Source: Lytechinus pictus (taxonomy: Eukaryota). From it: DNA of 64,000 nt. Numbering within the stretch: the stretch's first letter is position 1; each line of letters opens with the position of its first letter. Positions 13,282 to 26,783 of the stretch are shown in pieces. The position numbers and the translations under genes are program-made. The DNA lies in contig NC_087247.1 in the NCBI RefSeq assembly GCF_037042905.1, positions 13,082,001 through 13,146,000 of the forward strand, in the 5' to 3' direction. A model generated the notes under the pieces. It saw nothing but the letters and a program-made list of their open reading frames with translations. It had not been told where the DNA came from and did no database searches.

Positions 13282-14261
13282 AAAAGGAATATATAGAGAA
13301 TTCTCTAATAATAATAATAATAATATAGGGTATTTATATTGCGCACATATCCACCTTGTTAGGTGCTCAAGGCGCTCCTATATTACCCGGCTAAGCTAGG
13401 CGTTCATAGCGCACACAGCTTTTTAAGGAATTACTTCCTACCGGTACCCATTTACCTCACCTGGGTTGAGTGCAGCACATTGTGGATCAGTTTCTTGCCG
13501 AAGGAAATTACGCCATGGCTGGGATTCGAACCCACGACCCTCTGTTTCAAAGTCCGAAGACTAATCCACTGGGCCACAACGCTCCACCTCCTCTACCCTA
13601 TGTTTCTCCTCGTCCGAAATTACATAAACTACTGTAGCCAATCAAGGCTCAGGACTGACTTATATTAGTTATAATATTCCTTATCTTGGGATGGATATAA
13701 AGGGATACAGAGAGACACTACTTGGAACCAATCATCTCACAGGACCACCTTACATAAGCGTTGGGAGGTGCATTTAAAGAAATACATAACGAAACTTTTT
13801 TGGACCAATCGCATCTTACGAGTTCCTTACATAAGTTAAGTTGTTCCTTGTCTGGAGATGGATACAAAGAGTTACAAAGAAGAACCACTTCTGGCCAATG
13901 ATACTACAGGGCTATAGTGTCTGGAAATGAACTAAAGTTTTGTAAAGAGAAACTCTTTCTGACCAATCACAGTGTAGTGCTTTCTTACATAAAATGTGTT
14001 TTTCCAGACAGGGGTAATGAATGTTTATCCCTCCCTTGACGTTTGTATCAAGGACAAAGACTCCTGCAGTAGGAAAAAAAAAAGACCGTGGCTTATTTTG
14101 AGCCATGGCCTTAAGACTTGAAGCCATATGAGCGTAAATCCTTGCATGTAAAATGGGTTACTGTATATACTTTCAGGACTTTCACATGCCTACTTTAATA
14201 TTAGGTACGCACCTATCATTTAGAAAGAATATGATTTAATTATGAGGACTACTTCGTCACA
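13282..14261 (-). mobile_element. Partial second copy of the solo LTR (duplicated with its right flank), interrupted by a SINE
   Basis: Near-identical to ~11775-12463 and followed by the same gcctgcacaaggcattt flank. Confidence 0.72.
13306..13587 (-). mobile_element. Full-length tRNA-derived SINE
   Basis: Minus-strand head GTGGAGCGTTGTGGCCCAGTGG (A box)...GGTTCGAATCC (B box) and a (TTA)n tail. Confidence 0.85.
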
Positions 14262-15759
14262 GCCTGCACAAGGCATTTTAATTTGCACGTATTTCCAGGA
14301 ATGATAACATATTCATGATGATAGAAATGTATACAATTCAAAATCGTGCATTCATATTGTTTAAAAAAATGTACTTATTGATTTTAATTCTGATGATTCA
14401 CAGTATTGACGCTAGAATGGAATCAATATGAAAAATCACACAGAGTTCTCAAAAACTTGGCACTTTGATGTTCAGCGTAAAGTGATATCCGATACACACT
14501 TTACGCTCCATTCAAGAGTTTTTGGCGAGATTCGACATCTGAGAATTAGCGAATTCAAACAATCATTCCGTACCAAAACGTTGTATTAAGTGGTCACATT
14601 AAGTGATTATTTATATTTTCACAGGCAATTAACTCTTTATATATCTACATCATCTAAGAATAAGCCTCATCGTTTTCTGAAATGTATATTGTATACCTTT
14701 TTCCTCCTTCATTTTTATTATATTTCAATGAGCATGATTTCATTCCTCATTCCAAAAGAAGCTTTAAAATGCCATCGACTTGTCATACAGTCAACATACA
14801 TAAAATGTTGTATGTCATCATGGCGAGATAGTTATGTTATAAGTTACGGCATATAAAAAGGAAAAAAATAGCAAAATTAATTTCATATCAACGTGATCAA
14901 TGAACGGTGCGTGCGCACGTGGATGCCGATCTTTAACTTTAATTCTTTCCTCAACAAAAGCATTTACCATTTTCAATCAGCAGTACCGAATTCAGAGCAT
15001 TTTTGTATTTCAAACAGAGACCATCACAACACACATGTATCAATTAATTTTATTCTTGTTATTAGTGGTATCATACTAACAGGTGCAGTGCAACAAGGGG
15101 ACAGTGACTTCGATAAATTTAGAGCTAGTCCTAATCAGGACTCACTAATAAAGTAACCTATTTATTTGGTAATGTCCTCTCATTATGGATGTCTGTACGT
15201 AATACAGTAGACCCTTTTCTCAACTTCAGGTACTTCAAGAACATGAAGGCCCGATGGCCGAAAGCTGTAATAAAATCCGATGAAACCCAGGCCAGGCTGA
15301 TAATAATAATAGTGATAAAGCCCCTTTCACAATTGTTGCCAAACAGACTACAACGGCTTGCGACTCGAAATTTTTCCCGTTGTACGACTCGTTGTAGCCG
15401 TTGTACCACTTATTGTACGATCCAGATGCGACAAAATGGTCGCATCTCGGTCGGGAAAAAAAACCGTGCTGCTCCGATATTTTGAGCGACTGACGCGATG
15501 AAAAATAATTGCACGACAGGCAGGACGAGTGTTGTGCGACTTTGCACGCACTCGTAAGACCCCGAACGAGTGTTGCACGAGTATTTTCATGTCGTACGAT
15601 GATGCATCCTGTCGTACGAGTCCGTTGTACCACCCTAAGACTATTGGAAGACCTGTCTTGCCCCCTTTGCAACGTTGTACGATTTTTTTTCACCCCCAAT
15701 ATAAGCTCGAGAACTCCTGAGCTTTCATCCCAAATGTCTGGACCATCCATACTGTAAAC

Positions 15760-17061
15760 ATGGCTGCTGCTCGACCAATAGCTCCTGGGAGGCTCTTGCA
15801 TTTGCTAAGTCTGAGAAGGCAAATCCAAAACGTTCAAGACAGACATGTCATATTGATGGCCTTACTCATCCGTAGACGTCAAAGACATGCAAGGCAAAGA
15901 AGAAGGTGGTGGGTCAAACCCTGGATTGAGAGACGTGTACTGTTTGGACAGTATGATAATCTGATGACGGAGTTGCAGAGAGAATGTCAGGGTGACTTCC
16001 TGAACTACATGAGGATGCCACCAGAAACGTTCCTTGAACTGTTGCAGCGCATCACTACGAGGATAGAGAAGTCCTATCGCTACCGGCAGCCACTGGATCC
16101 TGGGCTCAAACTGGCCATCACCTTGAGATATCTTGCGACCGGCAACAGCTACAAAACCCTGCAGTATGCCTTCCGTGTTGCCCATAATACGATCTCTCTG
16201 TTTATACCAGAGGTGTGCCAGGCCATCATCAGTGAATACCAAGATGAAGTATTTTCCTGTCCAACTACCCCAGATGAATGGAGAGAAGTGGCACGGACTT
16301 ACGCTGACAGATGGAACTTTCATCATGTCTGTGGAGCCTTGGACGGAAAACACGTGGCCATCAGAAATCCACCAGGCTCTGGTACGATCTACTACAACTA
16401 CAAGGGTTTCTACAGCCTCATCCTCTTGGCCCTAGTTGATGGCAATTACAAGTTCCTCTGGGCTGACGTTGGTAATCCCGGTTCATCATCGGATGCCCAG
16501 GTCTTCAACCACAGCCCGCTGAGACGTGGACTGGAGAATGGTACTCTTGGCCTGCCAGATCCAGAGCCCCTGCCAGATGATGACCGAGACACCCCTTACT
16601 TCTTAATTGGGGACGACGCCTTCCCTCTCAGGACATGGATGCAGAAGCCGTACTCCAACCGTGAGCAGACCGACGAGGAGAGAATCTTCAACTACCGTCT
16701 CTCGAGGGCTCGCCGTGTGGTGGAGAACAGCTTTGGCATCCTTGCACATCGCTGGAGATGCTTGTTGAGTACCCTACAGCTTGATCCAGAAAAAGCCAGG
16801 ACAGTCATTATGGCCTGCATGTGCCTCCACAACCTAATGAGAGATCGTTTTCCTGGGCTTCAGAACATTGACGTTGACCGTGAAGATGAGTTGGGCAACC
16901 ACATCCCTGGGGCATAAAGAAACGCAGCAGTTCTGCAGGATGTTGAACGAGTTGGCGGAGGCTACCAGGCAAACAAAGAGGGCAAGAAGCTGAAAACTTA
17001 CCTGAAGCACTACTACAACAGTCCAGTTGGAAGCCTGCCCTGGCAACAACACATGATATAG
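15760..17061 (+). CDS. Harbinger DDE transposase (HARBI1-like), premature TAA at 16915-16917
   Basis: Motifs LAITLRYLATG, GALDGKH, YYNYKG.YS, GDDAFPL, FNYRLSRARRVVENSFG. The frame continues after the TAA through YYNSPVGSLPWQ to TAG at 17061. Confidence 0.9.
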
Positions 17062-17140
17062 ACTGCCACTTGGCGCACTACTTGGGATACAGCACAGACT
17101 CTGCCATAAAAATGGCATGTAAACTTCGATCATGATTTTG

Positions 17141-18095
17141 TGGAATGAATCATTTCAAAGTAGAAATGAATGACCATGTCAACAGTTATTTTAAACATAC
17201 ATTACTTTTACATCGAAAGGTAGTTTGAAATTTAAAAAGTTAACTCTCCTTAATAACATGTGTTTGAAATAAAATAATGAAGGAGAACATGTTTGAAAAA
17301 ATGTGATTTATGAGAATAAAAAAGATGTACAGATATAACATATTTTCTTTTGTCATTAATCATGTTGTTTTAAACATGATATATATTTTTCAAAGACATT
17401 TTATTAACGATAATTAATTTCATTGACCATGTTAATGTTTAAAATAAAGTTTGAAATAAATGTTCCAAAATGGGTCAGTTGTAAATTAAATTGAGAGAGT
17501 TCATCAAGTAACAATAACAATCCAAACAAAAGTTCACTGTTCGTTTTCTTTATTTGACAAGTCTGACAAGTTCAAATGGATGATGATTGATGTGACGGCG
17601 CTGTTGCTGCCTCCTTGATTTAGTGGAATGAATCATTTCAAAGAAGAAATGAATGATCATGTCAACATTTATTTTAAACAAAAATTTCTTTGACAATGAA
17701 ATGTTTGAAATAATAAACGTTGATTCTCCTTTAATAGCATGTATTTGAAATAAAAAAAAAAGAACATTTTTGAAAAAACGTGATTTATGAGAATAAAAAA
17801 GATGTACAGATATAACAAATTTTATATTGTCATTAATCATGTTGTTTTAAAAATTATATATTTTTTCCAAGACATTTTGTTAACGAAAATGAATTCTATT
17901 CACCGAGTAAATGTTTAAAAAAGTTTGAAATAAATGTTCCAAAATAGTCAAATTATAATTTGAGTTGAGAGAGTTCGTCAAGTAACAATAAAAACAATCC
18001 TAACAAAAGTTCACTGTTCATCTTCTTCATCTGACAAGTTCAACTGGGTGATGATTGATGTGTTGGCGCTGTTGCTTCCTCCTTGCTGCTGCTGC
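17141..18095. repeat. ~485-bp tandem duplication in the Harbinger intergenic/ORF2 3' region
   Basis: tggaatgaatcatttcaaag... starts at 17141 and 17624. Confidence 0.75.
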
Positions 18096-19368
18096 TGAAA
18101 GGAGGCCTGCTGTTTTTGCTGGAAGTGGGGGTGCTGCTGCTGGAAGGGGGCCTGTAAATTGGGCTGCTGAAATCCTCCCTGAGGGTTCTGAGGGGTCCAG
18201 GTGCTGCTTGGCCCGAGCATCCCAAGGAAGGAAGCAGGTGGAGCGTTCTGGGTGAAGCCGATCGGCGCTGACTGAGGCCTGAGTGGCTGGATCATCTGGG
18301 GCGAGATACTGGGGTGGTGGAAAGGTGGTCCGCCCGATCCTGGTAGCGGCTCACCAAGTTGAAAGTGTCCCTGGTGAACTCTCACCAGAGGAGTCTTGGA
18401 AGTGGGCGGACGGCCTGCAGCATCCATTCTAGCCAGGCCTGCCTTTCGTCAGCGCCTTGGGTGAGTGCCGCATCCACCTGGCTCCGGATGGCCGTCTGCT
18501 CGGTGGATGTTCTGATGAATTCCAGGAGGGCCTTGTCCACATCGGTGGGCGACCCCCTCTTCTGCCTCTTCTTGGGAGGTGCAGCCCCCTGGCTGGAGAC
18601 TTTGTTGGAGCTGGGTGCTTGGCTGGCATCTGGACCCTGCTCATCTAAACCCTCTTCGTCGGAGGCGGCTTCAGTAATTCGGCCACTGAGGTGGCCCAGT
18701 TGGCAGCCCTGTGACCGATGGACTATGTGCTTCGTCAGAAAACCAAGGTTGTTATTGACCCATCTCTGTCTGGGGGTAAGGACGATGGCCTTCTGACCAC
18801 TCTTCTTTCCAGCGGTCTTCATCTTCCCCAGGATGGTCCTCTGGCTTTTATACCATAGTCTGATGTCGGCCACTGAAAATATACAAAATGTAGAAGCAAG
18901 AAATTAGTCAACATCCAAAAAATTTGCATGTTTAACTAATAAACATCATCAATAAATCGGAATGTGCATATTTTTCAGCTACTACTTACCGGTGACTCCC
19001 AGCTTTTCCGCCATCTCCATGTACTTGCGCTCCTTCTTCTTAGAGTTTTTGAAGTCCACCTTGCTCTTGTCGTAGATGAACTCATTGTCAGCGAAAAACT
19101 CGGCCAGCTCCTGCTCCATGGCTTTGGTGATACCGCAGGTAGCATGGCCATCTATCACGTTGTTCTCATCACTGGCGGCGGCTGGTGGATCTTGGCCCCC
19201 TTCCTGCAGCATTTCATCATCCTCGGTCTGGGCTTCACCAAATTCATTACCCTCATCACCAGCTATGACAGAAGCAGTAGCTTTCTCCTCGGCCACGGGT
19301 ATAGGCTGGGGCCCTTCCTCCTCATCAGGCTGATTTTTCCTCTTTTTCCTTGACTTCTTTGGGGCCAT
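18011..19368 (-). CDS. Harbinger ORF2 Myb/SANT (MADF-like) DNA-binding protein, 2 exons (19368-18990; 18872-18011), disrupted
   Basis: NLS-like MAPKKSRKKRK; EQELAEFFADNEFIYDK...MAEKLGVT|VADIRLWYKSQRT..GK; GT-AG intron 18989-18873; TGA at 18384-18382 and a later frameshift. Confidence 0.8.
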
Positions 19369-19848
19369 GCCGATGCTTGTATTTTGGTTGTGTCTTGTTC
19401 ACTGTAGCAGCGTCTCGTCAGGCATCAGCGGTTGTAATGAAGAAAGTCGCATCGCGTGTCGTATTTATAGGCCAACACCTCGCGCGACAGGTGGTGCGGT
19501 GTGTCGCACAATGGGTCGTAGCCTTGTACGATCGGTTGTAGTAGTCGTACAACGGGTCGCTAGGTCGCGCGACATATGGCGCTACAAAACGCATATGTCG
19601 TGCGACTTGGTCGCATCATCGTTCAACCGTTGCAGCCGTTGTACGACTGTTGCACCCGGAAACATGAAAATAATCGCACGATTACGTCTCACGACTGTTG
19701 TATCCTGGTGCAGTGGTCGTTCACCTCTCGTACGATTTTATATATTGCTTGCGACTCAAAGACAACACTTCTACAACAGGACGGAAAAAATATTTTCGAA
19801 AAAAAAAATTATCGCACGAGTGAGGCGCCAATTGTGAAAGGGGCTTTA

Positions 19849-21298
19849 AACCCCTTTCACAATTGACGTATGTTAAGGTCTTAAAAGCGACTCGGGCTTT
19901 AAGACCTTAACAGACGTACGACCATTTGCGACCTTTTGGTCGTGCAACAGGCATCAATCGCCAGTCATCTCATAAGATCGCACAGAGGCTTTCACAGTTG
20001 CAACAGCTGTCGTACAACAAAAACAATCATTAAAACCCGTTGCACGAGTAAGTCGCTTATGATCCTATTGTGCTCGTGCGATCACATACGAGTGTTGCAC
20101 GAGGGATTGCGAGGGGAACGGTCGCATACATGCGAATGAAACGGTAGTGCAATGTTGCAAGCCGTTGCGATCGGTCTTGCAACAGTCTTATGGCCCATAT
20201 ATTATCGCACCCAGTCGCAAGACAGGTCTCTGTACATGTAGGTCGCTAGCACATGTGCAAGTGTTGAACGACCTCCAGTCGACTAAATGCGACTACTTAA
20301 TTGTGCCACCTCTCGCACCAAGTCGTACAACTTTGAACAACACTCACACGATGATCGCCCGACCGATGGTACGGCCTGATGCGAGTAAAGCCCCTTTCAC
20401 AATTGACGTACGACCTGTTTACGACCGCCTGCAACAGTTTTTTTCTGCTGTTGCACGATCGATCTCTTGGTGACTTGCGAGCACTCGCAGTCGTTGTAGA
20501 CGGTCGCACGAACTCGAGGTGGTCGTGACTGGTCACATCTGAACTTTGAACATGTTCAAAATCCGAACGCGATCAAATACGACCGATTCACTCGCATCAG
20601 CTCGTATCCGGGGTCGTACCATCGGTCGGGCGATCATCGTGGGAGTGTTGTTCAACGTTGCACGACTTGGTGCGAGAGGTGGCACAACTAAGTAGTCGCA
20701 TTTACTCGACTGGAGGTCGTACAACACTTGCACATGTGCTAGCGACCTACATGTACAGAGACCTGTCTTGCAACTGGGTGCGATAATATGATGTGCCATA
20801 AGACTGTTGCAAGACCGATCGCAACGGCTTACAACATTGCACTACCGTTGTGTGCGACGTACCGTTCCCCTCGCAATCCCTCGTGCAACACTCGCATGTG
20901 ATCGCACGAGCACAATAGGATCATAAGCGACTTACTCGTGCAACGGGTTTTACTGGTTGTTTTTGTTGTACGACAGCTGTTGCAACTGTGAAAGCCTCTG
21001 TGCGATATTATGAGATGACTGGCGATTGATGCCTGTTGCAGCCTGTCGCACGACCAAAAGGTCGCAAGTCGTCGTACGTCAATTGTGAAAGGGGCTTAAA
21101 TCAATTGTATTTGATCGCGTTTGGATTTTGAACATGTTCAAATTCAGATGCGACCAGTCACGACCACCTCCGACCACCTCGAATTCGTGCGTCCGTCTAC
21201 AACGACTGCGAGTGCTCGCAAGACACCAAGAGATCGATCATGCAACAACAAGAAAACAAGCTGTTGCAGGCGGTCGTACGTCAATTGTGAAAGGGGCT
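19849..21298. mobile_element. Non-autonomous Harbinger MITE carrying a nested copy of itself
   Basis: Same TIR (A(A/G)CCCCTTTCACAATTG), TAA at 21299-21301, interrupted at 20389-21096. Confidence 0.88.
20389..21096. mobile_element. Nested Harbinger MITE in inverted orientation
   Basis: Perfect TIRs, TAA TSD at 20386-20388 and 21097-21099. The body is the reverse complement of the host MITE. Confidence 0.9.
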
Positions 21299-21301
21299 TA
21301 A

Positions 21302-21989
21302 TTGAGCACACACACCGTCCAGAGACGCTCATGGCGCTAGCGCAGCAGCAGTTCCTTTGAATACAAAATTGTATACACGTACATTACAAACAGCTACTTA
21401 GATATAAATAGAAATCTTAAATCACTACGAAGTACCATCCTCCACCATCACTGAAGTTCCCAGCTACATCCTGGTAGGGTCTGGTGCCCTTGTGTTTGCT
21501 GCACCGTTCACCGACAATTTAAGGGGCAAGCCCGGTCAGCTCAGTACTCACATGAGCTCTAGCAAATAAAGGCACTGTCCAGCCCCCATAGGAAGCCAGT
21601 CAGACCAGCATGTGATGTCAGAGAGTGTACTTTGAATGCATACAAAACAAAATTATGTCTTTAAAAAATAAATGTACATAATATACAGTGTATATAGATT
21701 TAGTTGTGAAGGTATTAAAGGTTGAACAAATAGGTCTTAAGGTGTAGTTTAAATATGTCATGCACTTTAATGGAGCGAAGTGACTGAGGAAGTTGATTCC
21801 ACAACTTGGCCGCAGCATGTGAGAAGGACCTATCCCCCCAAGAATGTCGGGTACGAGGACTTAGAAGCAAATTGTCACATCCAGATCTTAAAAGTACGAG
21901 TTGGATTGTAGGGATGTAGCTCCATGGATGTAGCGTATCTTTAATATATTGTGGCGATATCCCATGAATGGTTCGATGGACAAGTAACA
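21302..21989 (-). mobile_element. 5'-truncated L2/CR1-group LINE (its (TAT)n tail lies at 15300-15318, displaced by the Harbinger cluster)
   Basis: Minus strand reads ...PRTRHSWGDRSFSHAAAKLWNQLPQSLRSIKVHDIFKLHLKTYLF, a typical ORF2 C-terminus. The empty site is visible in the paralogous spacer at ~900 (ggctgcttctgc). Confidence 0.78.
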
Positions 21990-22039
21990 GCTGCTTCTGC
22001 AGCTTTCATGCTTCATTAGCATTAGCATTAGCTTCATTA

Positions 22040-22090
<51 letters not shown>

Positions 22091-23037
22091 ATGGTATTGC
22101 AGATCGCACCTCACGTAGGTTGCGTGAAACTCTGAGTAGCAATAAATTTGATAAACCTACAGCCAACCGTATGAACTTGTATTTTATTTTTTTATTTTTT
22201 TCATTAAAAGTCAGCTATTTACATAATTTTCAGTCAAATATAAAAATGCAATCATAGGCATAATATTCATGTAAAAACTCAGGGCCAGTATTTTAAAGTG
22301 TAAGCAATTGGACAAGAACTAATCTGACTAATCTAAGGGGAAAATGAAGTAACAAAACATATCATAATTATCATTATTTCACATACATACATACTTTCAC
22401 GTGTATACACCCTTACATACAAACATACGGTTCTGTACACTCTAAAAAAAGATTGAGTAAATATTTACCCAATATTGTGTAGGTGGGGAACCATGTTTGC
22501 TGTGTACTCTTTTCCCCAAAAAAAATCAACACAACATTGCGTTAGATTTACAAAGTTATTTGATATCATTTTACCCAGCAAACATGCATGTTCCTATTTT
22601 ACCAATGCAGTATTGTTAAACTACTTTAGAATGTACCACTGGCCTGCTAAAAAAAGAGCAGAAAACGTTTCGCAAAAAAAGATTCCAACTTATTTTAACC
22701 TTTTCATATTTACGATATCTCCTCACACGTTTACGATTTTGGTAAACATTTTGGAAACAAAGTGTCAATTTGCATTTCGTCTATCATTCTCACATCCTAT
22801 GCCCACCATGTCCTTATAAACTCTATATACAAAAATCGTGAAAAGAATAAACTAACTCGTTAAACCATTCTTGGTTGAACAGTGACATTTCATTTGTTAA
22901 TAACAGTGTATAGAATTATTGTTAAATTGCTTTAAATTCTTGCACGCAATTCCATTCCGTGACCTTTAGTCACAGAGCAATAAGCCAATTCATGTATTCA
23001 TTGTCGCAAAAAGGAAGGGTATATTTCAGGGTAGTGT

Positions 23038-23116
23038 TTCCTCATTTGCAACACAGGTATCATTCGCTTTTCTGTTCAAGTCGAGACAGTGATGCCTACG
23101 TCTGAATAAGGTCAGG
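23038..23116 (+). promoter_or_regulatory. V4 conserved upstream element + leader donor
   Basis: TTCCTCATTTGCAACACAGGTATCA; GAATAAG|gtcagg donor at 23111. Confidence 0.55.
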
Positions 23117-23833
23117 AACATTCGGGTGTCATTACACCTAATATTATTGAAATCATTGTACTTATTTTACTGTAAAATGAATTTTGATCTTGTGGTGTGG
23201 AAGCAAAAGTCCATTGGTGGGCAAAGTTCTCGAACAGTTGAATGTATAGATTACTTTCGGAATTTTGCACGCCAAACAGAGTCCTTAATCAATAACTCCG
23301 CAAAAACAAAACGTGAATTTCATCTTTTGATTTATAGGGATTGGTGCTTGTAGGATTTCACAGGGGTGATATTTTGCTTAAAAAACTCCAACAAGCAAAA
23401 GAAAATAAAAACTAAGAAGAAGGTATTCGTTCCAGAAGGGAGGAGAACTATGTCACGAAAAGTTTTACAGCACCCCCTCCCCCCAAAAAAAAAAAATTGA
23501 AAAAAAAAGAGAAAAAGGGTCTTCACATTTGATTATGGTCAACGTGTCCCATTACAAATATTTATTATGGCTCTAAAAAGGGGGATGATCGATATCCACC
23601 ATTACCCCCGGATCCGCCGCAGGTTGTAGGTAGTCAGTCTAAATATAGTGGCCATTGAACTTTTAAACCATCTAATATAGGGGCTTCGACTTATGCCACA
23701 GCTTACGTGACGAAAGGACATATATTACCTCAATTTTTGTACCGATACAATAATCCAGATAATTTATATTCCAACAGAATTGACCATCATTTACCAAAGA
23801 TCTTAGCGAGTAACCGAGAAAACGGGGGCAATC

Positions 23834-24864
23834 ATGACTCATGGATATGGTTTGAAGCTGGCGATCTTGGTGCTCTGCCTGCTTCACTACACTCAACCCA
23901 TCTACTCAGCCCCACTCTCCTCCTACCTGGTATCATTCTTTACTCCTCCTGATGCTGACTCCAACCTACCATTCAATCACATCACCATAAACAACATCAC
24001 TGGAGATGTCTATATTGGAGCAAGGGAGAGACTGTATCAACTCAGCTCAGACCTGACTATCACACACACCGTAGATACCGGATCATGCCCTTCTCCATAT
24101 GAAGATAATACCAATAATAATAGGCTTCTGGTGGTAGCTCCATCACCTGAGGATAAACTCGTCACGTGTGGGGTTGTGATGGGTACTGTGAGACAAGAAG
24201 CTTGAACAATATATCACGTGATGTAGTGAGATATGATGTAATTGATGATCAGCTTGTGGTGACCACATCAGATGCACCCATTGTAGGAGCTGTGGTGTTA
24301 GGTGCTGACCTTCAAGGCAATGGTGTTGGTACTGCAGATGGTGGATTGTACTTATTTACTGGGATCAGTGATGCAACTATTATGAATCCATCTATCTCAA
24401 AGCACAATCTGGTTTACCTACGCCACGACCAAAAGGTAGCCCGACCCTTATCTTCTGCCCCGCGAAACATTTTTAAACATTTGATTCCTTCCATGGAAAA
24501 CATTTATTATTTAATGTCTAGGGAAAACAGTCAGAAGAGTGCATACTTGGGGCGACTGTGCCGTAATTCATTAGATGAACAGTTAGCATTCTACACAGAG
24601 ATAGAAATACAATGTGGGTCTTACAATGAGATTCAGTCAGGTCACATAGGAGCAGCAGGATCCCATCTTGCTGACTCATTCAATATTGATAGTACTGAAG
24701 ATCTTTTGTATGCAATATTTGGAAGTGATATTTCATCTGCTCTGTGCGTCTATAAGATGAGTGATGTAGAGCAGAGTTTCGACGATGCTGCCAAGGGATG
24801 TAGCCAAACAGGAGATAACAGAGGAACGGAGAACAACTACCTTCGTGATAGTTCATGTAATAGA
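23834..24864 (+). pseudogene. Variable exon V4: full length but with a single 1-bp deletion (young pseudo-exon or assembly error)
   Basis: 1031 nt = 344 codons minus 1. It reads tgtggggttgt at ~24166-24176 where V6 has tgtgggggttgt (CGGC). Acceptor at 23777/23778 and GTAAGT donor at 24865 are intact. Confidence 0.75.
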
Positions 24865-26783
24865 GTAAGTGTAAATGTCAAGTGAGCTGAAAATCTTTCA
24901 AATAATTTTTACCATAACTCTTGTAGGTAGTGTTATTGATTGAAAATAATTGTGCCTCAGTCGATCAGAATAGTAGTTTAATCTCTTCAAAATTCAAAAT
25001 TGAATTAGTTCAAATTTCGAAATTCTAATAGGTTTTAAACGATTGAATAATGAAGAATGAATATGACTATGAAGAATGAATATAACACCCTGGTGGCCTA
25101 TTATAATGGAAGCTAAGCTTCTTATAGCAGGTCACCACGTTTCTTTTCCATCTCATCCAATGTTCCGTAATAATTTATGAAGTGCATTATACATATTATT
25201 CTGTGATTTTTTACTTTTTGTTCTTTGCTTGTCACATAATGATTTACTGTTTGCTGTTGTCGGAATCGAAGCTAAATAAAGATTCCTTTAAATAGGCATA
25301 TATATTCAGACTATGGGCAATACATCATGGCGCTCTTTTGTTACATTCTAGCATGTCTACTAAATAATTATGTCTGCACAAGGCACTTTAGTTTGCCGAG
25401 TACTTTCATGTATGATACTATATTCACGATGATAGAAATGCAAAAAATTCAAAACCATGCATTCATATCATAAAAATGTATTATTGATTTTCATGATGAA
25501 GATTCACTGTATTGTATGGCGCTATAATGGAGTTCTCAAAAACTTGGCACTTGAATGTTCAGCGTAAAGTGGTTATCCGATACACACTTTATGCTGCATT
25601 CAAGAGTTAATTTTTTGGCGAGATTTGACCTCTGAAAATTAGTCACTTTAAACAATCATTTCGTACCCAAACGCTGTATTTAGTGGTCACATTAAGTGAT
25701 TATTTATATTTTCACAGTCAATTAACTCTTATTTATCTACACCATCTAAGAATAAGCCTCATCGTTTTCTGAAATGTATGTTGTATATCTTTTTCCTCCT
25801 TCAAGTCTATTATGTTTCAATTTGCACGATTTCAGTCTTCGTTCTACAGAAGCTTTAAAGCGCCATTGTCTTGTCATAAAGTCGACATGCATGAAATGTT
25901 GTATGTCAACATGGCGAGAAAAGTTATGTTATAAGTTACGACATATAAAAAGTAAATAGCAAAATTAATATTATATCAACATGATAAATGAACGGTGCGT
26001 GCGCATGTGGATGCCGATCTTTAACTAGCAATAATTCTTTCCTCAACAAAAGCATATACCATTTTCAATCATGACTACCGAATTCAGAGCATTTTTTATA
26101 TTTAAACCAGAGACCATGAACACAAACATGTATCAATGGATCATGTTCTTAGTGGTATAATCATACTAACAAGTGCAGTGGAACAAAGGGACAGCAGGTG
26201 GTCGTCCTCTGTGATTCAAGTGAGAATAAAGGCGGGATACAATGGGACAAGAAGAGGCTGGTAAGAAAATAAGAGTGTGGGAAATAGATGGCTTTGTCGT
26301 GAACTTCACTGTCATGACTGTAGACTTACCCATGCAAATACCCCCGTTTCAGACATAAGGCCAGACTGACCCGTTACAACAAAGTCTTGGTAACACCGTT
26401 GCATGATATGTAAATATACAATTCCATATTTCTTGCCATGATGAATCATTCATGTGATATATTGACAACATATGGCAGCCCACAAACGCCTTCGTTCCAC
26501 TCATTGAAAATTTGTCTCGTTTTCATCAGGGTGCAGAAACACAGTAGGACCCACGTCTAAAATGTTTGCAGAGTCAATGGTGTGGAAACTTATTTTCTTG
26601 TGATTCACGAAAAAATAATAATGTGACCTTCATTATTGTTTGTTCTGTAATGCTCTTTAATTTTATAGCCAGATTAAATTCAAATTCTTGTACGCGATGC
26701 CATGGCCTTTTGTCAGAGAGTAATTAGCCAATTCATCGATCCATAGTCGCCAAAAAAATATATGTATTGAATTTTAGGGCAAG

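Larger units (their letters stand above)
15319..19845 (+). mobile_element. Full-length PIF/Harbinger DNA transposon (two convergent genes)
   Basis: 17-bp TIR AGCCCCTTTCACAATTG, flanked by TAA/TTA. Transposase on + strand, Myb/MADF gene on - strand. Confidence 0.93.

Noticed and set aside
13500-13587. tRNA genes (also ~36980-37047, ~48980-49050, ~62540-62610)
   Set aside because: A and B boxes are present, but I could not fold convincing acceptor stems and they run into SINE bodies or tails, so they are treated as SINE heads or decayed copies.
19367-21360. Numerous short R/C-rich ORFs
   Set aside because: They lie in Harbinger subterminal repeats and MITEs, with no recognisable domains.
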